Source: a virus
Taxonomy: Duplodnaviria > Caudoviricetes
IMG/VR virus record: IMGVR_UViG_3300024232_000045
Coordinates: 1 to 35,017 of that record
Length of the DNA stretch: 35,017 bases
Direction: 5' to 3' (one strand)
Shown one piece after another: positions 8,041 through 15,607 of this stretch (position 1 is the first letter of the stretch; every line of letters begins with the position of its first letter). The notes under the pieces are model-generated. The model worked only from the letters and a program-made list of their open reading frames with translations, did not search any database and was not told where the DNA came from. Both the position numbers and the translations under genes were made by a program.

Positions 8041-8725
8041 TTCCGATCTCTACTCCTTTTAACTGCTCTACCCCTTTATGGAATAGCTCCACATTTTTCA
8101 TAAATTGCAAAGGCTCTCCGTCAATCTCTTTACCAAGCTCGGCCGCCCTATCTCGTATACGTTTGCAATACCCGTCTAACACATCGGGCGGCACTGTCTT
8201 AATCTTGCAATTGCGGGCTACACCCCAAGTAATTACGTACTCGCCCGCTACTGGTGGCAAACCGTCTTTATTAAGAACGTCTCCCACTTTCTGCATTGCG
8301 GGCTTTGGTTTAGGTGTGAGGTGAGTAACTTTTGGTGGATCTTTTCTGCTACCCTCTTCTCCGTCATCGTCTTCATCCCCCACCACCCCAGTTAAAGCGC
8401 AATAGGTATACCTACGAGCATAAGACAAACTACTCCCAACCTGTTGAGGCGTTGTTCCGGGTACTGGCATTTCACATGCGATCCATTGCCCTGAACCATG
8501 AAGAAGAAAAGTCTTTAAAATTAAGACCCCCTCTCGATTGGAAAGAGCGCTCACAATCGCTAATCCGTTTTTAGAAAGTGGGCCACGGCCAGCATCCATA
8601 CAGGAGGCCAATGATGCAAACTTTGATTTATAATGAGGATTCACCCTATCTAGATGCGCGTGCTTCATTTCGCCTTGCGCCTTCGAAAGGGCCATCGCTA
8701 ATTCGTTTGTTTGTTCAGACTTCAT
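8030..8725 (-). CDS. erf: ERF-family single-strand annealing recombinase
   Basis: 'ALSKAQ...NPHYKSKFASL...LLHGSGQWI...QQVGSSLSYARRY...DEDDDG' are hallmark ERF motifs. Confidence 0.92.
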   Translation of the reverse strand: MKSEQTNELAMALSKAQGEMKHAHLDRVNPHYKSKFASLASCMDAGRGPLSKNGLAIVSALSNREGVLILKTFLLHGSGQWIACEMPVPGTTPQQVGSSLSYARRYTYCALTGVVGDEDDDGEEGSRKDPPKVTHLTPKPKPAMQKVGDVLNKDGLPPVAGEYVITWGVARNCKIKTVPPDVLDGYCKRIRDRAAELGKEIDGEPLQFMKNVELFHKGVEQLKGVEIGNGD

Positions 8726-10638
8726 TATTCACACCACTCGGTAGTTTCATTTCTTTGTGCATTCTGCGCAGCCAACGCATTAGCACCAATCGGAACGGTT
8801 ATCGTACCGCCATTCCAAGCGTAATTCCGAACATCGGGGGCTATCATCTGCGCCAATCTCACACCCTCGGCCTGGTACAGTTTTTTCAAAATACCGTGCA
8901 CATTATTGCTCATTAGCTGTGCCGCGTCATCCACTTTCTTGTGATAGATAACTTGGTGATTGTCAGCAATATTCCAATGCATAATGCGTGGATATTTCTT
9001 TTTCATTAGTGCGTCTTTTAGCGCCTTACAAATCTCACCGGCGAGAAGGTTCGCGGTATAAACCGTCCCTTGCGCGGTACAGGGTTCTTGCAAAGCGTTC
9101 TCATCGGGGTAGAGGGTTTTCTTATAAGAGAGTTCGTCGTCTTCATCGCCCGTTCTAATGGTGTAAAGAAGAGCGTTTTCCGCCCCCATTCGGCCATCGA
9201 TAAGCCATCTAACATCGACATGATCACGAACCTTTTCCCAAATCGTCTTACGGGCACTCATCGAATCGACTGCAACAATTACATGCCCAAAGAATCGTTG
9301 GTATTGGTCAGGAACCGTGTTGTCTTCGTTTTCAGCGCCGAGCCAGTTGTCGGGCGGGTTAAAAAGTTCTGGGTGCAGAGTTAATACATAGTCTCTTAAC
9401 CCATCGTTCTTAGGGCCGGTGAGCTTTATGATTTCAGCGAGTGCCTCTACCTTTGGTTTCCCGATTTGGCCTTCGCCATAGAGTTGAGTGCCCACGTTTT
9501 CGATTGCTACGTTTTGTGGGTCCCATACATGCACATCTCTAAATCCCATCTTAATTAGAGAAAGCACCGTGAAGCTTCCAATCGCACCGGCACCAATTAC
9601 GTTAATCCGTTCAGTTAATATCTCGTCTGAAATAATATCGAGTGACCGCGTACGATGGGGGTGGGTTATCCAGCCCGGGCGTTTAATCGTTCTTACTTTC
9701 TCGGCAATAAGGGTTTGATGATGACCTAATTGCCGATCGGGCGCTTTATCTTCCCACTGATAATTCGTCCAACACCTAATCGACCATTCTTTTGCGCCGC
9801 ATTCACAAAACCGATAAGTGCCGTCCCATTTGAATTGCCATTGGTGGGTATGGCCTGAGCGGTCGGGGAGATTGCCGTGGAGAGTTGGATCTTTCTTTAA
9901 TTCATCCGAATAACAGCTACGCCTATCACCAAGACCATGAATGAATACGGTATAAAGCGTTCCGTCGCTTCCGGTTTCTTTATCTAAGATAGTTCCAATG
10001 CGATTGTTAGAAACAACACAAATCACATCTTCCCCTATCGAGAACTCGACTTCAGGGGTTGGTCTAGAGACCGATTCAATTAAGTCTATCGAAAATGGAT
10101 TAATAAGATAAGCATTCATACTATCCCCTGGTGGGACCAGATTTCTATCCAGCGGTCTAATCCGAAGCATAAACGGAGAATCGTTGGGGCTTAATCTATC
10201 GACGACATGATCAATATTTAAATAGGCAGTATCTTGCGGATAAGCGATGAGTGATTCTTGATTTGGACGTACAATATCGCCGCGCTTAAATTTGGCTCTC
10301 GCGTTTAAAACGCGCTCTCGATCTATCGCCGTAAAATACTTTGGATCTACGAGCCCTTGATTCTCAAATTCAATCCATTTCATGGACATCATCTTCACAT
10401 CTACCAATCTACCAATGTTTGACACTTCCCCAATCCAACCGCCGCGAGTTGCTCCGTAATGCCAAGTGGCTTGCGTGTTCCCGATTACTAAATCTCCCAC
10501 TTTAAATTTCGGCATCTTTGTTTCTTTCTTAATGACCCGTTTCTTCGGTTCCTCGGGAAATGGCAATAATGGAACGAAGCCTCTCCGCCGAACACGACAC
10601 GCAGCGATTACCGACTTATTCACAATTCGTTTTGCCAT
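8725..10638 (-). CDS. E1/ThiF-like adenylating enzyme with long N-terminal extension (SH3/KOW-like repeats plus a Zn-binding motif)
   Basis: C-terminal half has VIGAGAIG, WDPQNVAIENVGTQ, GKPKVEAL, VAVDSMSARK, IDGRMG and a candidate catalytic Cys in EPCT. ATG at 10638 has a GGAGAG RBS; alternative starts are 10731 and 10515. Confidence 0.9.
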   Translation of the reverse strand: MAKRIVNKSVIAACRVRRRGFVPLLPFPEEPKKRVIKKETKMPKFKVGDLVIGNTQATWHYGATRGGWIGEVSNIGRLVDVKMMSMKWIEFENQGLVDPKYFTAIDRERVLNARAKFKRGDIVRPNQESLIAYPQDTAYLNIDHVVDRLSPNDSPFMLRIRPLDRNLVPPGDSMNAYLINPFSIDLIESVSRPTPEVEFSIGEDVICVVSNNRIGTILDKETGSDGTLYTVFIHGLGDRRSCYSDELKKDPTLHGNLPDRSGHTHQWQFKWDGTYRFCECGAKEWSIRCWTNYQWEDKAPDRQLGHHQTLIAEKVRTIKRPGWITHPHRTRSLDIISDEILTERINVIGAGAIGSFTVLSLIKMGFRDVHVWDPQNVAIENVGTQLYGEGQIGKPKVEALAEIIKLTGPKNDGLRDYVLTLHPELFNPPDNWLGAENEDNTVPDQYQRFFGHVIVAVDSMSARKTIWEKVRDHVDVRWLIDGRMGAENALLYTIRTGDEDDELSYKKTLYPDENALQEPCTAQGTVYTANLLAGEICKALKDALMKKKYPRIMHWNIADNHQVIYHKKVDDAAQLMSNNVHGILKKLYQAEGVRLAQMIAPDVRNYAWNGGTITVPIGANALAAQNAQRNETTEWCE

Positions 10639-10717
10639 CGCAATAACTCTCCAAACCAGACAACAAGGGAACTGGCAACGAGCCCACGTATGGTACCAGT
10701 GGCATTCGCAACCGCAC

Positions 10718-11353
10718 CTAGTGGACCCCATTTAATATCCGTTGCGCCTCTCCCCGCTCTCTTAATCGTTCTAGTCGCCGCATTCTCTTTTCCCAGCGCT
10801 TAGCGCTCCACTTTTCCTGATATTCCCAATCCCGGTTCTCAGTGCGCTTTACCGGAACGATATGTGTCACATTCTCTTTGTATTGTTGATTCAAGAACGC
10901 TTGGGTATCGCTGTCTAAGATAGGGTGAATAACTTCTAGCCTTAGGTGCTCAGTTAAAAATTCCACTGGTTGGTTAACATAGAGCGCAGTTTGGGTCTCT
11001 CGGCGCGCATTAAATACGGTCGCAAGTAACCATCCGTTCCCACCTAATTCTTTGATCGCGTCGTAATCGGTCTTAGACCAAAACGCTTCCATGTTCGCGT
11101 GGCTATGCCACCAGAAATTAAAATCTCCCGGCTCTTCACGGGTGCGGTACATCGCGCGCGCGGTATCTGCTGCATCTAATACTGTCGAGCCTTCGGTATT
11201 TCTTTGCTTTAAAAGAAAAGCATCTATGACGTGGAGATGAGTGCCGCTACGTAAGACTTTACCAAAACCTGAGACTTCATAATCACCGGCTTGGTGTACC
11301 CAATGCATGATTTTGGAGTAGGCAAAGAAAGCGATACTGGTGGTTAAGTTCAT
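10718..11353 (-). CDS. JAB/JAMM (MPN+) metalloprotease
   Basis: Catalytic E in 'EVSGFG' plus 'WWHSHANMEAFWSKTD' = HxH-x7-S-x2-D. Confidence 0.92.
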   Translation of the reverse strand: MNLTTSIAFFAYSKIMHWVHQAGDYEVSGFGKVLRSGTHLHVIDAFLLKQRNTEGSTVLDAADTARAMYRTREEPGDFNFWWHSHANMEAFWSKTDYDAIKELGGNGWLLATVFNARRETQTALYVNQPVEFLTEHLRLEVIHPILDSDTQAFLNQQYKENVTHIVPVKRTENRDWEYQEKWSAKRWEKRMRRLERLRERGEAQRILNGVH

Positions 11354-11367
11354 TATCGCACCTATAA

Positions 11368-11410
11368 ACCCCTCCCAGGGAACGGGGGATCCGTAAGCCA
11401 GAGAGGGGGT
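11368..11410 (-). terminator. Stem-loop between Ubl and JAB genes (possible weak terminator or stabiliser)
   Basis: On the minus strand CCCCTCTC pairs with GGGAGGGG (one G-U), followed by TTTAT and the JAB RBS. Confidence 0.45.
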
Positions 11411-11427
11411 CCTAAGAACGGCCCTGC

Positions 11428-11631
11428 TTACCGGCCGCCCGCAGTCGCTTTAGCAAACCCAACCACGTCATAATCACGGAGCTTATCCGTTTCATCGGCG
11501 GGTTCACCCTTAATGGTTGCTACCTGGTCTTTCGCAAGACCCATCTTAGTGCGCAATTCACCGATGGTTGCGACGTCGTTATATTCCTTCGATTCCCCAC
11601 CGCAAATCTGCACTTGAATATGATTAGCCAT
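11428..11631 (-). CDS. Ubiquitin-like (beta-grasp, ThiS/MoaD/Ubl) protein ending GG-R
   Basis: 67 aa with beta-grasp pattern 'IQVQICGG...ATIGELR...ATIKGEPA...KLRDYDVVGF' and C-terminus ATAGGR. AGGAG RBS. Adjacent to JAB and E1 genes. Confidence 0.88.
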   Translation of the reverse strand: MANHIQVQICGGESKEYNDVATIGELRTKMGLAKDQVATIKGEPADETDKLRDYDVVGFAKATAGGR

Positions 11632-11676
11632 TTACTCTCCTAAATAGGGCAGAAACCTGCCAGTTGTTGTGTGGAG

Positions 11677-11748
11677 AAATGATTACAAGAGTTAATCACG
11701 ATTCGTCAATACAAAATGATTGTAAAAATGCATTACATAAAGTACTAC
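11677..11748. promoter_or_regulatory. Divergent early control region: leftward promoter TTGACG-N16-TGTAAT and three AAATG(C)ATT repeats
   Basis: Minus strand -35 at 11709-11704 and -10 at 11687-11682. Repeats at 11677-11688, 11714-11725 and 11726-11737. AT-rich gap between divergent operons. Confidence 0.55.
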
Positions 11749-11772
11749 CGCTAAACAGAAAGGAAGTGTTCG

Positions 11773-12162
11773 GTGAAGAGTAAATACGGAAATAGGATTA
11801 CAGAGGCGTTTAATTATGCAATGGAACACCGTGAGCAAATCGAATCCTTATCGGCGGTAGCGGATAAGTTTGATATCCCAGCGCACGCGCTTCACAGCTA
11901 TATGAGTATATTGCGCAAGAAAGGGCAGAGCGTTCCGAGTTTCCCCAAATCGGGGCACGGTAAAGCTAAAATACTAAAGCGATTAGTCGCTACCACAAAG
12001 AAACCAACCATTAGCCAATTCATTCTAAAAGAGCCGGAACGGCTAGATAGCCCCACTCCCTCCGCAGAGGGGCAGGTAAGTGTGTTCCTTATGAAGGGAA
12101 GCGCTAGTGCTATTGAGCGGGTAGCGCAGTCTTTAGCTCGTTTTATGGGAGGTCATGAGTGA
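11773..12162 (+). CDS. HTH DNA-binding protein (IS66 TnpA-like or Cro-like position)
   Basis: 'SLSAVADKFDIPAHALHSYMSILRKKG' fits an HTH. First rightward gene; overlaps the next gene by GTGA. Confidence 0.55.
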   Translation: MKSKYGNRITEAFNYAMEHREQIESLSAVADKFDIPAHALHSYMSILRKKGQSVPSFPKSGHGKAKILKRLVATTKKPTISQFILKEPERLDSPTPSAEGQVSVFLMKGSASAIERVAQSLARFMGGHE

Positions 12163-12614
12163 AAAAGAGAACTAAGCGCCAAGTAGCGGTACAGAACGTG
12201 TTTACGATACCCGTGAGTGAGCAAGATCGAAGTCCTACCATTCCCTCTAACACCGCCCTAAAGCTCATTCAAATCGTCCAGAACGCGCACCTAGGAATGA
12301 TGTTTAAGGGCTACGCAGCCTTTCTTGAAGCGAACGGAATGAAGTTTCGGGACCTATCGAACTCTTGCTTTATTCTCTTCATCAACCGCAGGCGGGACTA
12401 CATAAAGCTCGTAATCGGTAACCACACCGATAATCCGGTGATTCTAGCCTACCGCTTCCCGTCTGGAACAAGCCTCCCGGCCCACGCCCTAAAGCAGGTA
12501 ATCCAAACCTTCTTAAGACGCGGAGATATCCATTCTAAGGATGCAAGACTAGTCGCTGCCCTACAGGAGACGCGCGAAGACGCAGCCGCTAAAAGAGCGC
12601 GTCTTGTGAACTAG
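12159..12614 (+). CDS. Divergent IS66 TnpB (Orf2)-like protein
   Basis: 'HLGMMFKGYAAFL...FILFINRRRDYIKLV...ILAYRFPSG' parallels the remembered IS66 Orf2 consensus 'DMRKGFDGLAALV...LFVFxNRRRDRIKIL...LxYKRLExG'. Confidence 0.6.
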   Translation: MKKRTKRQVAVQNVFTIPVSEQDRSPTIPSNTALKLIQIVQNAHLGMMFKGYAAFLEANGMKFRDLSNSCFILFINRRRDYIKLVIGNHTDNPVILAYRFPSGTSLPAHALKQVIQTFLRRGDIHSKDARLVAALQETREDAAAKRARLVN

Positions 12615-12739
12615 CGCTGAGAATTAGAGCCGCAAACTACGAGAAACGTGGATGAAACAGACCGCTATTGACAGGTAGTTTTGCGGGTTTTGAATATAAA
12701 TGTGTGGAGGGGTAGGGGAGGACCGAGCTAGCTTGGGCT

Positions 12740-12902
12740 TCCGATATTGCATCCGAACGTTCGTGCCCTGTCTTTCTGGGAAATGGGGTCGGATTTCGGA
12801 GGGGGAAAGTACGAGCTAGGATCCGAATCCGAGTTTCCGAAAAAAAATCCCAGAGACAACGCCACGACGGGTGTAGCGCGGTAGTCCACAGATAAGGTCC
12901 GA
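12740..12902. repeat. Cluster of eight TCCGA/TCGGA pentamers with an inverted repeat; candidate replication origin
   Basis: Copies at 12740, 12752, 12789, 12796, 12822, 12828, 12836 and 12898 in a ~315-bp intergenic gap. Confidence 0.45.
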
Positions 12903-12931
12903 AGTCTTAAACGTAGTACGGAGTATAATAC

Positions 12932-13405
12932 ATGCAGGTACAAGAAGTTCAGTTGCTCAAGGATGCGAATGCTCTAATAGAATTTTTTAAGGAAGCCTAT
13001 AAAGCTAGGTACAATACCGAACCCGTTTTGGAGCATCCCCTTCCACTTACGATTTTCCTTAAAGGACTAGTTCGCAAATTCGGGATGGAGAAGACACGGG
13101 GTCTTGTGAAGTTTTATCTTACCCACCCCGGTGATCGAGATTGGTGGCAACGTAACGGCCACTCCGCCGCCATATTTGAAAAGGATATAGAAGTCATAAA
13201 CGCGGGGTATTCCCTCCAGACTAGGGGTGGGGGCGCGAAGCCCGCGACGAACGATTTGCGGATTTCAATCGAAACCCTTTGCCCTAACTGCAATACGTGG
13301 TTTACGGTCGTTTGCATGGCAAGCGTGGTGGATAAAGTCGCACACACTCAATGGTGTGAGCCCTGCATTGACGCCTTTCAACTAGACGCCGCATCTATCT
13401 TGTAG
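12932..13405 (+). CDS. Putative replication initiator/helicase-loader-like protein with C-terminal Zn finger
   Basis: Helical N-domain '...LVRKFGME...KFYL...DRDWWQRNGHS..IF' recalls phage replisome-organiser C-terminal domains. CPNC/CEPC pair. GGAG RBS. Confidence 0.4.
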   Translation: MQVQEVQLLKDANALIEFFKEAYKARYNTEPVLEHPLPLTIFLKGLVRKFGMEKTRGLVKFYLTHPGDRDWWQRNGHSAAIFEKDIEVINAGYSLQTRGGGAKPATNDLRISIETLCPNCNTWFTVVCMASVVDKVAHTQWCEPCIDAFQLDAASIL

Positions 13406-13413
13406 GAGTAAGA

Positions 13414-13650
13414 ATGAAATCTAGTAAATCTTGGCCTGTTATCAGTATTCGCGAACGAAAGACCGTCCCGTTCTCAGCGCGCGTTTCCGAGGAGACAATG
13501 AAAAAGCTAGAACGCCTTTGCAAAGAAAACCAAGTAAAGAACGATGATGGGGATTATGAACCAGCGCCCAAGGTAAGCGTGATTGAGAGCCTTATCGACT
13601 GGGCGCACAAAGGACTTAAGGCCTCTAAAACTACCCGGAAAGCCGCGTGA
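13414..13650 (+). CDS. Ribbon-helix-helix DNA-binding protein
   Basis: 'VPFSARVSEETMKKLERLCK...VSVIESLID' fits the Arc/CopG pattern, with a longer inter-helix loop. Confidence 0.65.
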   Translation: MKSSKSWPVISIRERKTVPFSARVSEETMKKLERLCKENQVKNDDGDYEPAPKVSVIESLIDWAHKGLKASKTTRKAA

Positions 13651-13943
13651 ATGAGAGTGAGATTAAGCGCGAGATTTGCGAGTTCTTAGATACCTTCTCC
13701 GATATTCTAATCTTCACGGTTACCCAACCCAAACGCACGAAGTATACGAGTAAATTCATGCGACGCGGGTGGCCCGATATTTACGGTTCACTTCGGGGGC
13801 GGGGATTCTTTATTGAAATCAAAACCCCCGAAGGGACTTTATCCCTCGAACAACACAAATTACTTGAGACCGCAAAAATGCAGGGTAATATTACCTGCGT
13901 CGCTACTTCTATCCACGACGTAAAACTAGCTCTCAAACTATGA
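13647..13943 (+). CDS. VRR-NUC family nuclease (Holliday junction resolvase-like)
   Basis: ESEI...GWPDI...FIEIKTPEG.LS.EQ motif. Confidence 0.9.
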   Translation: MNESEIKREICEFLDTFSDILIFTVTQPKRTKYTSKFMRRGWPDIYGSLRGRGFFIEIKTPEGTLSLEQHKLLETAKMQGNITCVATSIHDVKLALKL

Positions 13944-14959
13944 AACTTATCCTCTGCTACAAGAAATCGGGGTGCCCTACCCCGGGCTCTAGTCATAGCG
14001 GGATTGGCAATTCATGCCGCAATATAGCGAACGTTCTTAAGCGCCACGGATTTTGTGTCGACGTGTGGCCAATTGCGGGAGGGGATGCGCTAGAGGATAG
14101 GCTAGATAGCCACCATGGCCTCGGCGTTACCCATGTAGTGATCGCAGCACCCTTTATCCCAGCGGAATGGATGCAGAGACTTGCGCAAACGTTCATCGAT
14201 ATTAAGTTTGCGGTAACGAGCCACTCAAACGTTGGGTTTCTGCAAGCGGAGAGTGCTGCGATTCGCTTAATGCGGCGCTACTCAGAGGTCGCAACGGTAG
14301 AGCACAACTTCTTTGCTGCCGCCAATAATTCTCGCCTAGTTGAAGCATTCAATATTGCCTACGGGCGCCATGTGAAACATTTGCCCAACCTTTATGATCT
14401 GTGCGCTACCCCAGCGCGCCACGGAATAACCGCCCGAGGCGATACCTTACGAATTGGAAGCTTTGGCGCCCTACGGGTGCAAAAGAATTTCACGAGTGCT
14501 GCGTGGGCCGCACTAGGTATCGCAAGACACTTACGTACTAAGTTAGAATTCTTCGTAAACCTAGGCCGCACCGATAATAACGGGGATGTGGTAGAGCGCG
14601 CGATAAGAGCAAGCCTTGAGAATTTACCGGATGTGAAATTAGTAGAAGTGCCGTGGCATAACGCAATGGAGTTTCGGCGGGTAGTCGGCCATATGCACTT
14701 ATTGATTCAGCCGTCTTATACGGAAACGTTTAGCATGGTAACGGCGGATGCGATTGCGGAGGGGGTTCCAGTAGTCGTAACGCCCGCAATGGAGTGGTGC
14801 CCTGGTGATTGGAAAGCTTCAAGCGATGATGTGGCGGATATTGCAAGGGTGGGACAGCGCCTACTCTTTAACCCATCGGCTCCCGAAGAGGGGTATCAGG
14901 CGCTCGTAAAGTACAATGAAACGGGCGTTAGAGAGTGGAGAAAGTTCTTACATGAATGA
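13940..14959 (+). CDS. GT-B fold glycosyltransferase (GT4-like)
   Basis: 'GALRVQKN' and 'IQPSYTETFSMVTADAIAEGVPVV' motifs. Confidence 0.85.
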   Translation: MKLILCYKKSGCPTPGSSHSGIGNSCRNIANVLKRHGFCVDVWPIAGGDALEDRLDSHHGLGVTHVVIAAPFIPAEWMQRLAQTFIDIKFAVTSHSNVGFLQAESAAIRLMRRYSEVATVEHNFFAAANNSRLVEAFNIAYGRHVKHLPNLYDLCATPARHGITARGDTLRIGSFGALRVQKNFTSAAWAALGIARHLRTKLEFFVNLGRTDNNGDVVERAIRASLENLPDVKLVEVPWHNAMEFRRVVGHMHLLIQPSYTETFSMVTADAIAEGVPVVVTPAMEWCPGDWKASSDDVADIARVGQRLLFNPSAPEEGYQALVKYNETGVREWRKFLHE

Positions 14960-15167
14960 TGAACTAAAGAGCGGCCTATTACTTCTCGTTGGGCTGATTG
15001 CCTATATTGTTTACGATATTTACATGGTGATTCACAATTCCAACGCGGACCTAAGCCACATCTTCCAAAGCGTCTTCTTAAACGCCCCCTTTACGCTTTT
15101 CTTATTCGGATATGTTTGCGGTCATCTAACGTGGCCAATCATAAACCTATCAACAGGAAAAGATTAA
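14952..15167 (+). CDS. Small 2-TM membrane protein
   Basis: Start MNDELK at 14952 overlaps the GT stop; two hydrophobic segments; 'GYVCGHLTWP' ending. Confidence 0.65.
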   Translation: MNDELKSGLLLLVGLIAYIVYDIYMVIHNSNADLSHIFQSVFLNAPFTLFLFGYVCGHLTWPIINLSTGKD

Positions 15168-15607
15168 TGGCGCAAACCATCTATCTCCTAGTGGGAGTGC
15201 CCGCGACCGGTAAGACCTGGATTATGGATAGATTGACCGATAAGTACGCGTGCCTAAGAAACGATGATTTTATTAGCCGCATGGAGCACTATGCACCAGC
15301 GATTGCGGATGTGGCGCGCATCTCGGATAAGCCACTACTCGTCGAAGCGCCGTTCTCAATGAATCGGGTAATGGATCCTCTTTTAGAAGAAGGTCTTCTC
15401 GTAAAACCAGTCTTTATTATCGAAAAAGAATCAACGCTCATTAAGCGCTATGACGAGCGCGGAAGAAACGAAGCGCATATTATTAAAGGCCACCTAAGCC
15501 GGCAGCAGACGTTTAAGGCTAGGGTTGGTGAGTACAATGCATTTAGCGGGGATTCGAGTGATGTTTTGATGCACCTAAAGCAACTAGCGGCAGAGAGGGT
15601 AAAATGA
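15167..15607 (+). CDS. P-loop kinase (nucleoside/nucleotide kinase-like)
   Basis: N-terminal 'IYLLVGVPATGKT' Walker A and lid 'KRYDERGR'. ATG coupled to the upstream TAA (TAATG). Confidence 0.8.
   Translation: MAQTIYLLVGVPATGKTWIMDRLTDKYACLRNDDFISRMEHYAPAIADVARISDKPLLVEAPFSMNRVMDPLLEEGLLVKPVFIIEKESTLIKRYDERGRNEAHIIKGHLSRQQTFKARVGEYNAFSGDSSDVLMHLKQLAAERVK

Noticed and set aside
9650-9670. 'THPH' as a prokaryotic E2 active-site motif
   Set aside because: No Cys follows at the expected distance, and the segment runs straight into the typical ThiF N-terminal 'R..LDII' helix.
10639-10731. Cys-rich 31-aa N-terminal extension of the E1 ORF, read as a RING-like E3 or RiPP
   Set aside because: It overlaps the JAB stop, has no clear RBS and does not show RING spacing; a better RBS precedes the ATG at 10638. 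Not fully excluded.
8725-11631. Ordinary thiamine or molybdopterin biosynthesis operon (thiS/thiF, moaD/moeB)
   Set aside because: No thiG, moaE, cysteine synthase or rhodanese in the window, and the E1 has a non-metabolic N-terminal extension. A sulfur relay using host enzymes cannot be excluded.
11773-12614. Intact IS66 element
   Set aside because: No TnpC transposase, terminal inverted repeats or target duplication recognised.
12668-12700. Sigma70 promoter TTGACA...TATAAA
   Set aside because: The spacer is 21 nt and there is no good -10 at 16-18 nt.
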